Assembly: GCA_964577995.1 (NCBI GenBank)
Contig: CAZOBP010000001.1
Coordinates: 2,229-66,228 of the forward strand
Direction: 5' to 3'
DNA from: an uncultured Anaerolineales bacterium
GTDB taxonomy: Bacteria > Chloroflexota > Anaerolineae > UBA7937 > B3-Chlor
DNA: 64,000 bases
The notes beneath the pieces are model-generated. The model was not told the DNA's origin. It was given only the letters and a program-made list of their open reading frames with translations, and searched no databases. A program made the translations under genes and the position numbers. Below, piece by piece: positions 56,058 through 64,000 of the stretch (position 1 is its first letter; every line of letters begins with the position of its first letter).

Positions 56058-56711
56058 TCACACACGGTCGGCATATACACCACGATACTCCAGAGGAAGG
56101 AGTTCAGCTAGTCTCTCCATGATGAAGTCGGCGTCAGCCTGGCGCTCCTCCTTGCGAGAAGCGTGCACGCCGACTTCGGGCAACCTGAAGACCGGGCCGA
56201 TATTCACTGTGAGGTGCGGTCTGCGCAAGCGGCCTAACTCCCCCAGGAGTTTCTCCGTGCCGGTCAGGCCCACAGGCAAGATGGGGACGTCCGCCTTCCG
56301 TGCGATGAAGACGGGCCCCGTTTTCCCTCTCTCCAGAGCCCCCGTGACGCTCATCCTCCCCTCGGGAGCTATGCCCAGCACCCCGCCTCCCTTCAACACA
56401 GCAAGGGCCTGACGCAACGCCTCCCGGTCGTATCGGCCCCTATCAACCCATATGGCGCCGCTGAGGGAGAGAACCTGGCCGGTGAGCGGCACCCGCCGCA
56501 AGTCCTTCAACGCCATGGCGGTCATCCGCCACGGGAGCGTGGCCATGGCGACCGGAGCATCCCACCAGGCCAGGTGGTTGAACACCAGTAGGAGCGGCCC
56601 TCCCGCCGGCAGGTTTTGCTCACCCTCAACCTCATAGTGGCTGAGCACACGTAGCAGGCCCCTCACCAGGGACCCGAAAACCCTGTACATCATCGCTGCC
56701 TCCAACATCAA
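56058..56711 (-). CDS. plsC: 1-acyl-sn-glycerol-3-phosphate acyltransferase
   Basis: NHLAWWD (NHxxxxD box) and GIAPEGRMS (PEG box). Confidence 0.8.
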   Translation of the reverse strand: MMLEAAMMYRVFGSLVRGLLRVLSHYEVEGEQNLPAGGPLLLVFNHLAWWDAPVAMATLPWRMTAMALKDLRRVPLTGQVLSLSGAIWVDRGRYDREALRQALAVLKGGGVLGIAPEGRMSVTGALERGKTGPVFIARKADVPILPVGLTGTEKLLGELGRLRRPHLTVNIGPVFRLPEVGVHASRKEERQADADFIMERLAELLPLEYRGVYADRV

Positions 56712-56806
56712 GGCGAGGGGGTCCCTCCCCCTCCATCGCGTCTCTGCAATATGTCCGCATAGAAAACGCTGCGCGGGCCGCGCAGCGTTCGCCCCATCTC
56801 CCGCGA

Positions 56807-57841
56807 CTAGTAGTGGTTCACCACCTTAGTCCCTATGGGGGCCCAGTTGAAGAGCCATCCTGCGTCGGCGATACTCAGATTGGTGCAGCCGTGGCTCATG
56901 GGAGTGCCAAAGTTGTTGTGCCAGTAGGTGCCGTGAAGTGAGTACCCCGCGTAGTAGTACATGCAGTAGGGGACGTCGGGAAGATAGTAGTAGTCGCCCC
57001 GGGCATAAGAGCCCCCCGTCATGTCATCGTACCTGTACTTCCGCTGAATGTAGAAAGTTCCCGCAGGTGTAGGATAGCGGGCTATGCCTGTGGACACGCG
57101 TGCCGTGTAGACAACAAGATTCCCCTCGTAGGCCTGCAAAGTCTGAGTGCTGAGATTGACATCGATCCACTTCTCCCCAGTCGCAGCGGTAGTAGCAGGC
57201 ACACTGCTGGATGAGTCGGTGCTCGATGGACTTGCCCCTGCCACGGGAATGACGAGTCTCTGGCCCACATAGATGAAGGATGGATTGGCGAGGCTGTTCG
57301 CTCTGGCTATGGCGTCGGCAGTAGTGCCGTAATCCCACGCAATACGAGCCAGGAACTCCCCAGGGAGCACCACATGAATCACGCTCGAACCCTGCGCCTC
57401 AGTAGCGACTGGGGTGCCGGTCGACGGGACCTGGAGCCTCTGCCCTACCCAGATGAAGTTCGGGTTCCAGAGTCCGTTCAGGCTAGCCAGGTAGCTGGCC
57501 GTAGTCCCATGCCGGGCCGCGATCCTGCGCAGCGTGTCTCCTCGGCAGACGACGTAGGTGGTCGTGCTACCGGCTGAAGGGGAAGACCCGCTCACTGGGA
57601 TGACCAGCCGCTGTCCGGCGTAGACGAAATTGGGGTTACTCAGATTGTTGGCGCTGGCGATGGCAGCGTAGGTCGTACCATACCGGCGCGCTATCACCTG
57701 GAGCGTTTCACCCCATTGGACGATGTGCACGACCGGATCGGTGACCCTGGGCGACGCCTGGGCAGGCAGAACCGAAAGGCTCAGCAGAACCGCCAGCATC
57801 AACAGGACGACAATGCTCCTCGACGTGGCTCTTGTGCTCAT
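56807..57841 (-). CDS. LysM-repeat (x4) L,D-transpeptidase (YkuD domain)
   Basis: Signal peptide. Four LysM units (HIVQWGETLQVIARRYG..., YVVCRGDTLRRIAARHG...). YkuD catalytic SLHGT...SHGCTNL. Start at ATG 57841; the ORF extends to 57910. Confidence 0.85.
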   Translation of the reverse strand: MSTRATSRSIVVLLMLAVLLSLSVLPAQASPRVTDPVVHIVQWGETLQVIARRYGTTYAAIASANNLSNPNFVYAGQRLVIPVSGSSPSAGSTTTYVVCRGDTLRRIAARHGTTASYLASLNGLWNPNFIWVGQRLQVPSTGTPVATEAQGSSVIHVVLPGEFLARIAWDYGTTADAIARANSLANPSFIYVGQRLVIPVAGASPSSTDSSSSVPATTAATGEKWIDVNLSTQTLQAYEGNLVVYTARVSTGIARYPTPAGTFYIQRKYRYDDMTGGSYARGDYYYLPDVPYCMYYYAGYSLHGTYWHNNFGTPMSHGCTNLSIADAGWLFNWAPIGTKVVNHY

Positions 57842-57959
57842 TAGCACGCACACTCTATGCGAGGACAAAACTCCTACACCGCCCGCTCGTCGGGACAAGC
57901 ACGGCACCACTGATTCGATTATAGCACATCAGTTTGGCGAGGAAAAGGCTGCAATTAGG

Positions 57960-58322
57960 CTACGGCCGGTAGGTCACCCACGCATCGGGCGACTCCCACA
58001 CCTCCACTGAACTCAAGTGTGCCCCTTCGATAGACCCTGCCAACTCCTCGTAGAAGAAACGGGCGATGTTCTCCGAGCTGGGGTTCACCTTGTCGAAAGG
58101 AGCTACTTCGTTGAGGAGAGTGTGGTCGAGCCGCTCGACGATGGGGTCCAGCACCCGTTTGAGCAGAGTGAAGTCATAGGCCAGGCCCGTGTCGTCCAGT
58201 ACCTCGCTCTCCAGACAGACCACCACGTGGTAGCGATGGCCGTGAGTAGACTCGCACTTACCCTCGTACCCTCGCAGCGCGTGGGCCGCATCGAAATGCC
58301 GCTTAACCCTTACCTGATACAT
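57960..58322 (-). CDS. queD: 6-carboxy-5,6,7,8-tetrahydropterin synthase
   Basis: 120 aa. FDAAHALRGYEGKCESTHGHRYHVVV, LLNEV. Confidence 0.85.
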   Translation of the reverse strand: MYQVRVKRHFDAAHALRGYEGKCESTHGHRYHVVVCLESEVLDDTGLAYDFTLLKRVLDPIVERLDHTLLNEVAPFDKVNPSSENIARFFYEELAGSIEGAHLSSVEVWESPDAWVTYRP

Positions 58323-58932
58323 GATCCCCCCCGATCAGCGCCTCCAAGATCGGTCTGATCCCCTGGGCTGCTTTCGCGCGGTGACTGATGCGGTTCTTCT
58401 CCTCTGGTGGAAGCTGGCCCATAGTCTTGTCGTACCCAGGCAGATAGAAGACCGGATCGTAGCCGAAGCCAAGATGGCCCTGGGGTGCGAAGGCTACTCT
58501 TCCCTCGCAGATACCTTCCGCCGTCAACGTCTGGCCCTCCGGCTCAGCGAGCGCGATGACGCAGCGAAAGCGGGCACCGCGCCCGTCTCTGGGTACATCC
58601 CTCATCTTGACCAGTAGCAGACGGTACCGGTCCTCGTCGGTAGCCTCCGGTCCGGCATAGCGGGCAGAATGCACCCCCGGCTCCCCTCCAAGGGCGTCCA
58701 CCTCCAGCCCTGAGTCATCGGCGAGAGCAGTCAAGCCGCTGACGAGAGCATACTGCCGTGCCTTCTGCACAGCGTTCTCGGCGAAGCTGCTCCCCGTCTC
58801 CTCGACGTCTTCGGCAATGCCCTCACTATCCAGGTACGTGAGATCTATGGGCAGGCCGGCGAGAAGCTCTTCGTACTCCCTCAACTTGCCGGGATTCCTG
58901 GTGGCTATGAGTAGCCTTCGACGTCCACTCAT
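58303..58932 (-). CDS. rdgB: Non-canonical purine NTP pyrophosphatase (RdgB/HAM1)
   Basis: LLIATRNPGKLREY, DSGLEVDAL.G.PG..SARY, GFGYDPVF, SHRAKA. ATG at 58932 overlaps the upstream stop (ATGA). Confidence 0.85.
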   Translation of the reverse strand: MSGRRRLLIATRNPGKLREYEELLAGLPIDLTYLDSEGIAEDVEETGSSFAENAVQKARQYALVSGLTALADDSGLEVDALGGEPGVHSARYAGPEATDEDRYRLLLVKMRDVPRDGRGARFRCVIALAEPEGQTLTAEGICEGRVAFAPQGHLGFGYDPVFYLPGYDKTMGQLPPEEKNRISHRAKAAQGIRPILEALIGGDHVSGKG

Positions 58933-59735
58933 TGAGTTCCTTCCCTGCCATTCCGGGCCGCCAGATGCCCCTGAAAGTGGCGCCCCAGGAACTCCAGTAC
59001 CGTGGTATTGAACTGCTTGGGCTGGTATCCTTGAACCCAATGGTCGCTCTCCACCAGCACCAGTTCGGACCCCGGTATCCGCGCGTGGAACTCCTCAGAG
59101 AGCAACGGCGGGCTGAGGGAGTCTCTGCTGCCCTGGATCACGAGTGTGGGACACGAGATCTCGCCACCCCTACTGTACGCGATTTCCTCATCTGCTTCCA
59201 CTCGCGCTATGACCGCCGCTCCGTAGTTGCGCAGCAGCATCCGCCACCGGTCCTCTCCGTGCAGACGAGCCAGAACGCTCGCCCATCCCGGATCGACACC
59301 GTCAGGATACGCCAGACTCTCCCACAGATCGAAGAGACCTGGTGCAATGCCCCTGTTGATCCTCGCTGCGCCGGATACCAAGATCAGCGACTTCACCAAC
59401 GAGGGATCGGTGAAGTAGATCCACGAGGCGATGGACGCCCCCATGCTGAAGCCACACACGTGCACGGGACCAAGCTTCAAGGCAGAGAGCAGCGCGACCA
59501 CGTCGGTCGTCGCCAACTCGAAGAACTCCGGACCCGTGATCGTCTCTGGATGGTCAGTTCGACCGTGTCCTCTCAGGTCTGGCACAACCACACGGAAGCT
59601 CCGAGAGAAGGCCGATATTTGATTTCTCCAATCGCTCCGGCCGGTGCCGCCGAACCCGTGGAGAAGCAGCATCGGGTCTCCTTCGCCGTGTAGCTCGTAG
59701 AAGAGATCTAGACCATTGGTGCTCAGATATGGCAT
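58929..59735 (-). CDS. Alpha/beta hydrolase fold protein
   Basis: LLLHGFGG, nucleophile elbow GFSMGA, and a C-terminal His region (SDHW). Confidence 0.75.
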   Translation of the reverse strand: MPYLSTNGLDLFYELHGEGDPMLLLHGFGGTGRSDWRNQISAFSRSFRVVVPDLRGHGRTDHPETITGPEFFELATTDVVALLSALKLGPVHVCGFSMGASIASWIYFTDPSLVKSLILVSGAARINRGIAPGLFDLWESLAYPDGVDPGWASVLARLHGEDRWRMLLRNYGAAVIARVEADEEIAYSRGGEISCPTLVIQGSRDSLSPPLLSEEFHARIPGSELVLVESDHWVQGYQPKQFNTTVLEFLGRHFQGHLAARNGREGTQ

Positions 59736-59783
59736 TCGTTCCTTCCAGCTCTCGTGGAGAGATGGAGCCTGACCTCGGTTACG

Positions 59784-61745
59784 TCAAGACGACTCTATGC
59801 TCACCCGGCCCAGCGGAACCGTAAGACCCTGTCCTCCCTCGTAGATGGCGGACACCTCTTCTCCGGATACGCCGAGCAGGCTCGCCTCCAGCGTGTACTC
59901 TCCATCCGGCGTCTCCGGATTGAGATTCACGTCATAGTCGTCCCGCACGATCTCTCCGGGTTGCCAGGCACTCGTCGGGTAGAAGTACATGGCACCCCCT
60001 GCCCTCTCCAGTGAGCCTCCCCACACCTGATGTGCGTCGTCTGTGAGACGTACCACCGCCACATAGTCCTCCGGAAGCTGTGTCAGAGCCTCCCAATACA
60101 GCGTGACATGGATCCAGCCGCTGGGCGGATGATAAGTGTCGTCGGTCGCACGATAGACGCCGTCGTCAAGCTCGTAGGCCACGAGCCGCAGACTATCGCC
60201 GTACACCGCATCCACGGCGTCAGCCGAAGAAGGCGCGCTCCGTGGACGGTAGTTGGCCGCGTACCCTTTGACCTCCACCCCAGGCGGGAACTGCGCTGTC
60301 ACCACGGGAAAACTCCCTGACAGCCAGCCCTCCACAGCATGGTTCGGATCAACCCACTCGATGTGTGACTGTACCAACCACACCGTCTCGAAGTCTCCAA
60401 GACTCTCCAGTGTGCCCGCGAGCTCGTCTGCCCCGCCCATCGGACCCCCAAAGGGCGCGAACACTGGCTGCTCGCCTTGGAAGTAGTACTGGAACGGTAT
60501 GCGCACGTAGTCCGCGTGACAGAGGACCACATCGCCCGGGCGGGCGTGTTCCTCCACGTATCGGGCTGCTGCTCTCCACTCCTCCTTGCGTTGCTCCGGA
60601 CTCCAATCATGCTGCAAGCCGTACGAGAAAGGAATGAGGATGATGACCAGAGTGATCAGCCCTGCCCCCTTGTGAAACGCAGCAGCCTTGTCCACCCCGG
60701 CAGCGAGGACCAGCAGGAAGGGAGCTACAATGACGATCAGGTAGTACACGGTGAAGATCTGCTGTCGAAAGGACAGCACGTAAGCCGCCAGTAGGGGTAG
60801 CAGCATCCACACTAACAGGAAGGCGCTCGACCTGATGTCCATCTGCTTCCATCGCCATCGCCCATCCGTGTGCCTGCGCAGGCGAGGAAGCAGAAGCCCA
60901 GCAGCCGCGATGATGGCGAGGGCGCTGAGGGTGCCATTCAGCCACATACCAGACAATGGCACCCGCCGCACGGTGAAAGCCTCCAGGCACTCCACGACCA
61001 TGGCACCCAGACTCATGGTGGGTCTCCACGAGGGGGTGCTCGCACTCAGTTGCCAGGCTCTCCAGAGCCAGGGCGAGAAGCACAGCAGGCTAGCTCCCCA
61101 GCACAGCATCCCCTGTCTGACCGCCGCGCGGTGTCGCCGGGCGTACAGAAGAAGGAGGACTAACTCGGCGGGCAAAACGAAGACGGCGTAGAGGTGTGTG
61201 TAGAAGCTGGACACAGTGAGCACCACGTACGCGGTCCACCAAGACCAGCGAGGGGTGTCCAGAGCGCGCACGAAACAATACACAGACCACACGCTGAGCG
61301 TCGCCACCAGCGCGTACATCCTGGCTTCCTGAGAGTACCACACCAGAAAGGGATTGACCGCGGCCAGCAAGGTGGCCACGAGGGAGATGCGAGACGAGAA
61401 CAGTCGCCTGCCCAGCAGATAGATGGACGGCAGGTACAGAGTCCCCAGCAATGCGGAAAAGAGCCGTATGGCGGCCTCACCCGATCCGAAGGCCCGCATC
61501 CAGACAGCCAAGGAGAGATGGTACAAGGGAGGATTGGGCTCTTGAAGCGTCATGCCCTGGCGTACAACCTCTGACAGGGGAAAACTAGCCAGGTACACGC
61601 TCACCGCCTCGTCGAGCCACAGGCTATGGAACGTGAGGTTGTAGAGGCGGATGCCGAAACCCAGAAGCAAGAGAAGACAGAAAGCCCACCTGCCCACCCC
61701 TGTCACTGAGAGCACTATGGATGGGCGTTCTTCAATACCTACCAT
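59784..61745 (-). CDS. ArnT/PMT-like (GT39/GT83) polytopic glycosyltransferase with a large C-terminal extracytoplasmic domain
   Basis: HSLWLDEAVSV first-loop motif, about 11 TM helices, and a ~250-aa soluble C-terminus. Confidence 0.7.
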   Translation of the reverse strand: MVGIEERPSIVLSVTGVGRWAFCLLLLLGFGIRLYNLTFHSLWLDEAVSVYLASFPLSEVVRQGMTLQEPNPPLYHLSLAVWMRAFGSGEAAIRLFSALLGTLYLPSIYLLGRRLFSSRISLVATLLAAVNPFLVWYSQEARMYALVATLSVWSVYCFVRALDTPRWSWWTAYVVLTVSSFYTHLYAVFVLPAELVLLLLYARRHRAAVRQGMLCWGASLLCFSPWLWRAWQLSASTPSWRPTMSLGAMVVECLEAFTVRRVPLSGMWLNGTLSALAIIAAAGLLLPRLRRHTDGRWRWKQMDIRSSAFLLVWMLLPLLAAYVLSFRQQIFTVYYLIVIVAPFLLVLAAGVDKAAAFHKGAGLITLVIILIPFSYGLQHDWSPEQRKEEWRAAARYVEEHARPGDVVLCHADYVRIPFQYYFQGEQPVFAPFGGPMGGADELAGTLESLGDFETVWLVQSHIEWVDPNHAVEGWLSGSFPVVTAQFPPGVEVKGYAANYRPRSAPSSADAVDAVYGDSLRLVAYELDDGVYRATDDTYHPPSGWIHVTLYWEALTQLPEDYVAVVRLTDDAHQVWGGSLERAGGAMYFYPTSAWQPGEIVRDDYDVNLNPETPDGEYTLEASLLGVSGEEVSAIYEGGQGLTVPLGRVSIESS

Positions 61746-61864
61746 GGGGATTCAAGGATGTGTGACGCAGTCGTAGCAGGAGCACTTGCCCCTCCAGCGG
61801 TGATACCCTACCCATGTGACTGCCCAACCCGCCTGCCAGGGAGAGCTCCAGACCGGCAGCGGCG

Positions 61865-62806
61865 CTAGCGCGTATGGATGATGGGCCACGCTGGGACCGG
61901 GCCACAGCACTGGAATGTCCTTGTTGAACCGACAATGCTGACGAGGCAAACCTGGTAATGAAGCGTTTCTTGCGCACCACGTCCATGTATCCGGTCCGCT
62001 TTCCAGTGACCACCCTCCTCACGCGGAGCAGGATCGAGAGGGACCTCGAGATAGGTCCAAGCATCCTCCCCATCCCCCCTATACCTGATACCCCATTCCC
62101 AGCCGCTGGCGCGATAGTGTGGGTTCGAGTCCCACTCAAGTGTGAAGTCGCGGCTAGGCCAAGCGCTCGAGGGAGCGTTTATGGTTATCGCGGGGCAGCT
62201 CATGGTTGTACTCGTTGCTGTCGGCGGCACTGGCGTAGGCGGCACCGATGTGGCAGTTGGGGTGGGCGGCGCGGGTGTAGGTGGCACTGGCGTATTTGTT
62301 GGTGTAGGCGGCTCCGACGTAGGCGGCACAAGCGTATGGGTTGGTGTTAGCAGTGCTGGCGCAATTGTCGGTGCGGGCGCATCGGCCGGTGTTGGCGGCA
62401 CTGACGTGGGAGACGATGGCGCAACGATGATGCTCACTCCCACCGGGTCACTGACCGCCCCGTCCCGGCTGCGGGCGTAGAGCAGGAGCGTATGGGTGCC
62501 CGGCGTGGTTGCCGTCCAGCGTAGTATCCCGTCCATAGACGCCACACCATCTGCTTCCGGGCTTCTCTCGACAGCCACTGCCCGTCCGTCCGCTTGCAGC
62601 TCAACACTCACCACGGCAACGGCATCCGTGGCCTGATACCGCACCTCCACTTCCTCGCCCAGCTCCACTGCACTCCCACTGGGCGGGCTCAGAACCTCCA
62701 CCACCGGCTTGCTGGGCTCCCCCGTCGGTAGGCCAATGGTGCAGGCCATTACGCTCAGACCCAACAGCAGTGCAATCAAGAGCAATGTCCGCCGATACTT
62801 CAACAT
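61865..62806 (-). CDS. Lipoprotein with Ig-like domain, long (V)PPTP linker and a Cys-containing C-terminal domain
   Basis: Lipobox VMAC. The Ig-like segment is similar to the N-domain of 45098..46381. The linker covers aa 131-201. Confidence 0.65.
   Translation of the reverse strand: MLKYRRTLLLIALLLGLSVMACTIGLPTGEPSKPVVEVLSPPSGSAVELGEEVEVRYQATDAVAVVSVELQADGRAVAVERSPEADGVASMDGILRWTATTPGTHTLLLYARSRDGAVSDPVGVSIIVAPSSPTSVPPTPADAPAPTIAPALLTPTHTLVPPTSEPPTPTNTPVPPTPAPPTPTATSVPPTPVPPTATSTTMSCPAITINAPSSAWPSRDFTLEWDSNPHYRASGWEWGIRYRGDGEDAWTYLEVPLDPAPREEGGHWKADRIHGRGAQETLHYQVCLVSIVGSTRTFQCCGPVPAWPIIHTR
62204..62416 (-). repeat. Low-complexity coding repeat (Pro/Thr-rich linker with reiterated VPPTP/PPTPT units)
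   Basis: Translation reads SSPTSVPPTPADAPAPT...LVPPTSEPPTPTNTPVPPTPAPPTPTATSVPPTPVPPTAT. Similar tracts occur in at least seven other genes in the window. Confidence 0.7.
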
Positions 62807-62839
62807 GGGATGGCCTCCTTTCCAGCATAGCAGAGCACA

Positions 62840-64000
62840 CTACGGGGCAGGCGCCCAATCTGCAGCACCATCATGCGCACCCGGGACGCTGAGAATGCTC
62901 GTCTGCTCGGAGCCGTCGGATCGCACGATGTAGAGGTCATAGACCAAGTCGATGTCCGCCTCTTCCCTAGAGAAAACGATGTAGCTCCCATCGGGCGACC
63001 ACGCGGGGTTCGAATCCATCCGGGCATAGTCCGTCAGTCTCTCCACGCCAGAGCCATCGGCGTTCATCACGTAGATATCAAGCCTGTGCTCGGGACTGTG
63101 GCTAATGTTGCTACCGTCTACGCGATTGGATTCAAAGGCGATGTGCTGCCCAGCAGGGGACCAGGCGGGCAGATAGTCACGAGCGGGGTCTTGCGTGAGA
63201 TTGACCACCCCTGACCCGTCTGGTCTCATCAAGTAGATATCAAAGTCGCCGCCCCTGTCGGAGCAGAAGGCTATCCATTGTCCGTCGGGTGACCAGTCGG
63301 GTACACGATCTTCGGCGGCATTGTTGCTGATGTTGACTTGCCCGGAGCCATCGGCATTCATCACGTAGATCTCCCAGTCCCCATCGCGCACGGATTCGTA
63401 AACGATATGCTGTCCGTCAGGGGACCAGCTGGGGGCGAGGTCCCACTCTGGATTACTGGTGAGCCTGGTCACATCAGAAGCATCGGCGTTCATCACGTAT
63501 ATCTCGAAGTTACCATCACGCCAAGAGACAAAGGCGATCTGTCGCCCGTCGGGCGACCAGGCAGGAAAATCATCATCGTACTCATAGTTGGTCAGCCTCG
63601 TTAACCCTGAGCCATCCACATTCGCCACGTATACCTCCTCGTATGATGCCTCGGGGTCATCGCGGTCGGTGGCGAAGACGATCCTACCTGAAGGCGGCGG
63701 ATAGGAGACAGGTGTCGCCCCTGCCGCCTCGGACGTGTAGATGCTCAGGTTGTCGAACGAGATCCGGGTGGTAACAGGCGACTCGGTCTGCAGGACGGTG
63801 TAGACTCCGACCCTGCCCTCACTGAAGGAAGCATCAGTGACATCCGCCACGTGTTGGTCGTTGACGTACACCTGCATCAAGTCGCCCACCGCGACTATCT
63901 TGAGGGTATTGACAGCGGCGCCGCTTGCGATGTACGGAGAGCCACCGCGATCAAGAAGGGTCCGCCACTCCCCCTCCAAACGCTGCTTCACGTCGTACTC
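62840..64000 (-). CDS. PD40 beta-propeller protein with N-terminal LamG/DUF1080-like domain (5' end beyond the window)
   Basis: The frame remains open upstream of the GTG at 63991 to position 64000. PD40 units: FATDRDD..YVANVDGSG, FVSWRDGNFEIYVMNADAS, YESVRDGDWEIYVMNADGSG, FCSDRGGDFDIYLMRPDGSG. Confidence 0.75.
   Translation of the reverse strand, partial: EYDVKQRLEGEWRTLLDRGGSPYIASGAAVNTLKIVAVGDLMQVYVNDQHVADVTDASFSEGRVGVYTVLQTESPVTTRISFDNLSIYTSEAAGATPVSYPPPSGRIVFATDRDDPEASYEEVYVANVDGSGLTRLTNYEYDDDFPAWSPDGRQIAFVSWRDGNFEIYVMNADASDVTRLTSNPEWDLAPSWSPDGQHIVYESVRDGDWEIYVMNADGSGQVNISNNAAEDRVPDWSPDGQWIAFCSDRGGDFDIYLMRPDGSGVVNLTQDPARDYLPAWSPAGQHIAFESNRVDGSNISHSPEHRLDIYVMNADGSGVERLTDYARMDSNPAWSPDGSYIVFSREEADIDLVYDLYIVRSDGSEQTSILSVPGAHDGAADWAPAP

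Noticed and set aside
1-64000. CRISPR arrays, transposases, insertion sequences, toxin-antitoxin pairs, or known defence systems (RM, CBASS, retron and similar).
   Set aside because: None could be supported. The only repeats seen are short coding low-complexity tracts (Pro/Thr and Cys-Pro linkers).

Overview
GC-rich, gene-dense chromosomal segment with about 65 CDS, mostly on the minus strand in long co-directional runs, and one tRNA-Val(CAC). I saw no rRNA, CRISPR array, transposase or prophage. The gene content suggests a Chloroflexota-like monoderm bacterium: many membrane-anchored proteins with Pro/Thr-rich linkers, a sortase, an LCP protein and MurJ. This taxonomic guess is inference only.

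Recognisable blocks:
- Cell envelope: LCP, parvulin PPIase, two clan GH-A hydrolases, sortase, murJ, an RfaE-II-like nucleotidyltransferase, an M23 peptidase, a LysM L,D-transpeptidase and two GT-C glycosyltransferases.
- DNA core: dnaX-ybaB-recR, ruvB, xerD.
- Queuosine genes: queA, queH, queD.
- A zur-znuA-znuC-znuB zinc operon with a readable promoter and Zur box.
- An amino-acid ABC transporter with a DDAH-like enzyme and a PLP dehydratase.
- A tightly coupled adenine-deaminase-like / amidohydrolase / TIM-barrel / MazG-like block.

Many sigma70-like promoters (TTGACA-17-TATAAT type) and 4-nt GTGA/ATGA stop-start overlaps can be read directly from the sequence.

I did not find a clear multi-gene novel system. 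The best candidates for a second look are:
1. A 983-aa protein with two zinc ribbons, a repeat coiled coil and a CHAT caspase-like protease domain, followed by a GTGA-coupled Pro/His-rich small ORF.
2. A QueH carrying an N-terminal domain that resembles the PLMP/RRXRR domain of IscB/HNH proteins.
3. The four-gene amidohydrolase/MazG operon of unknown pathway.
4. An unexplained ~400-bp GC-rich noncoding stretch.
5. A cysE'-'cysK deletion scar.

All family assignments come from motif recognition by eye and need HMM or structure confirmation.
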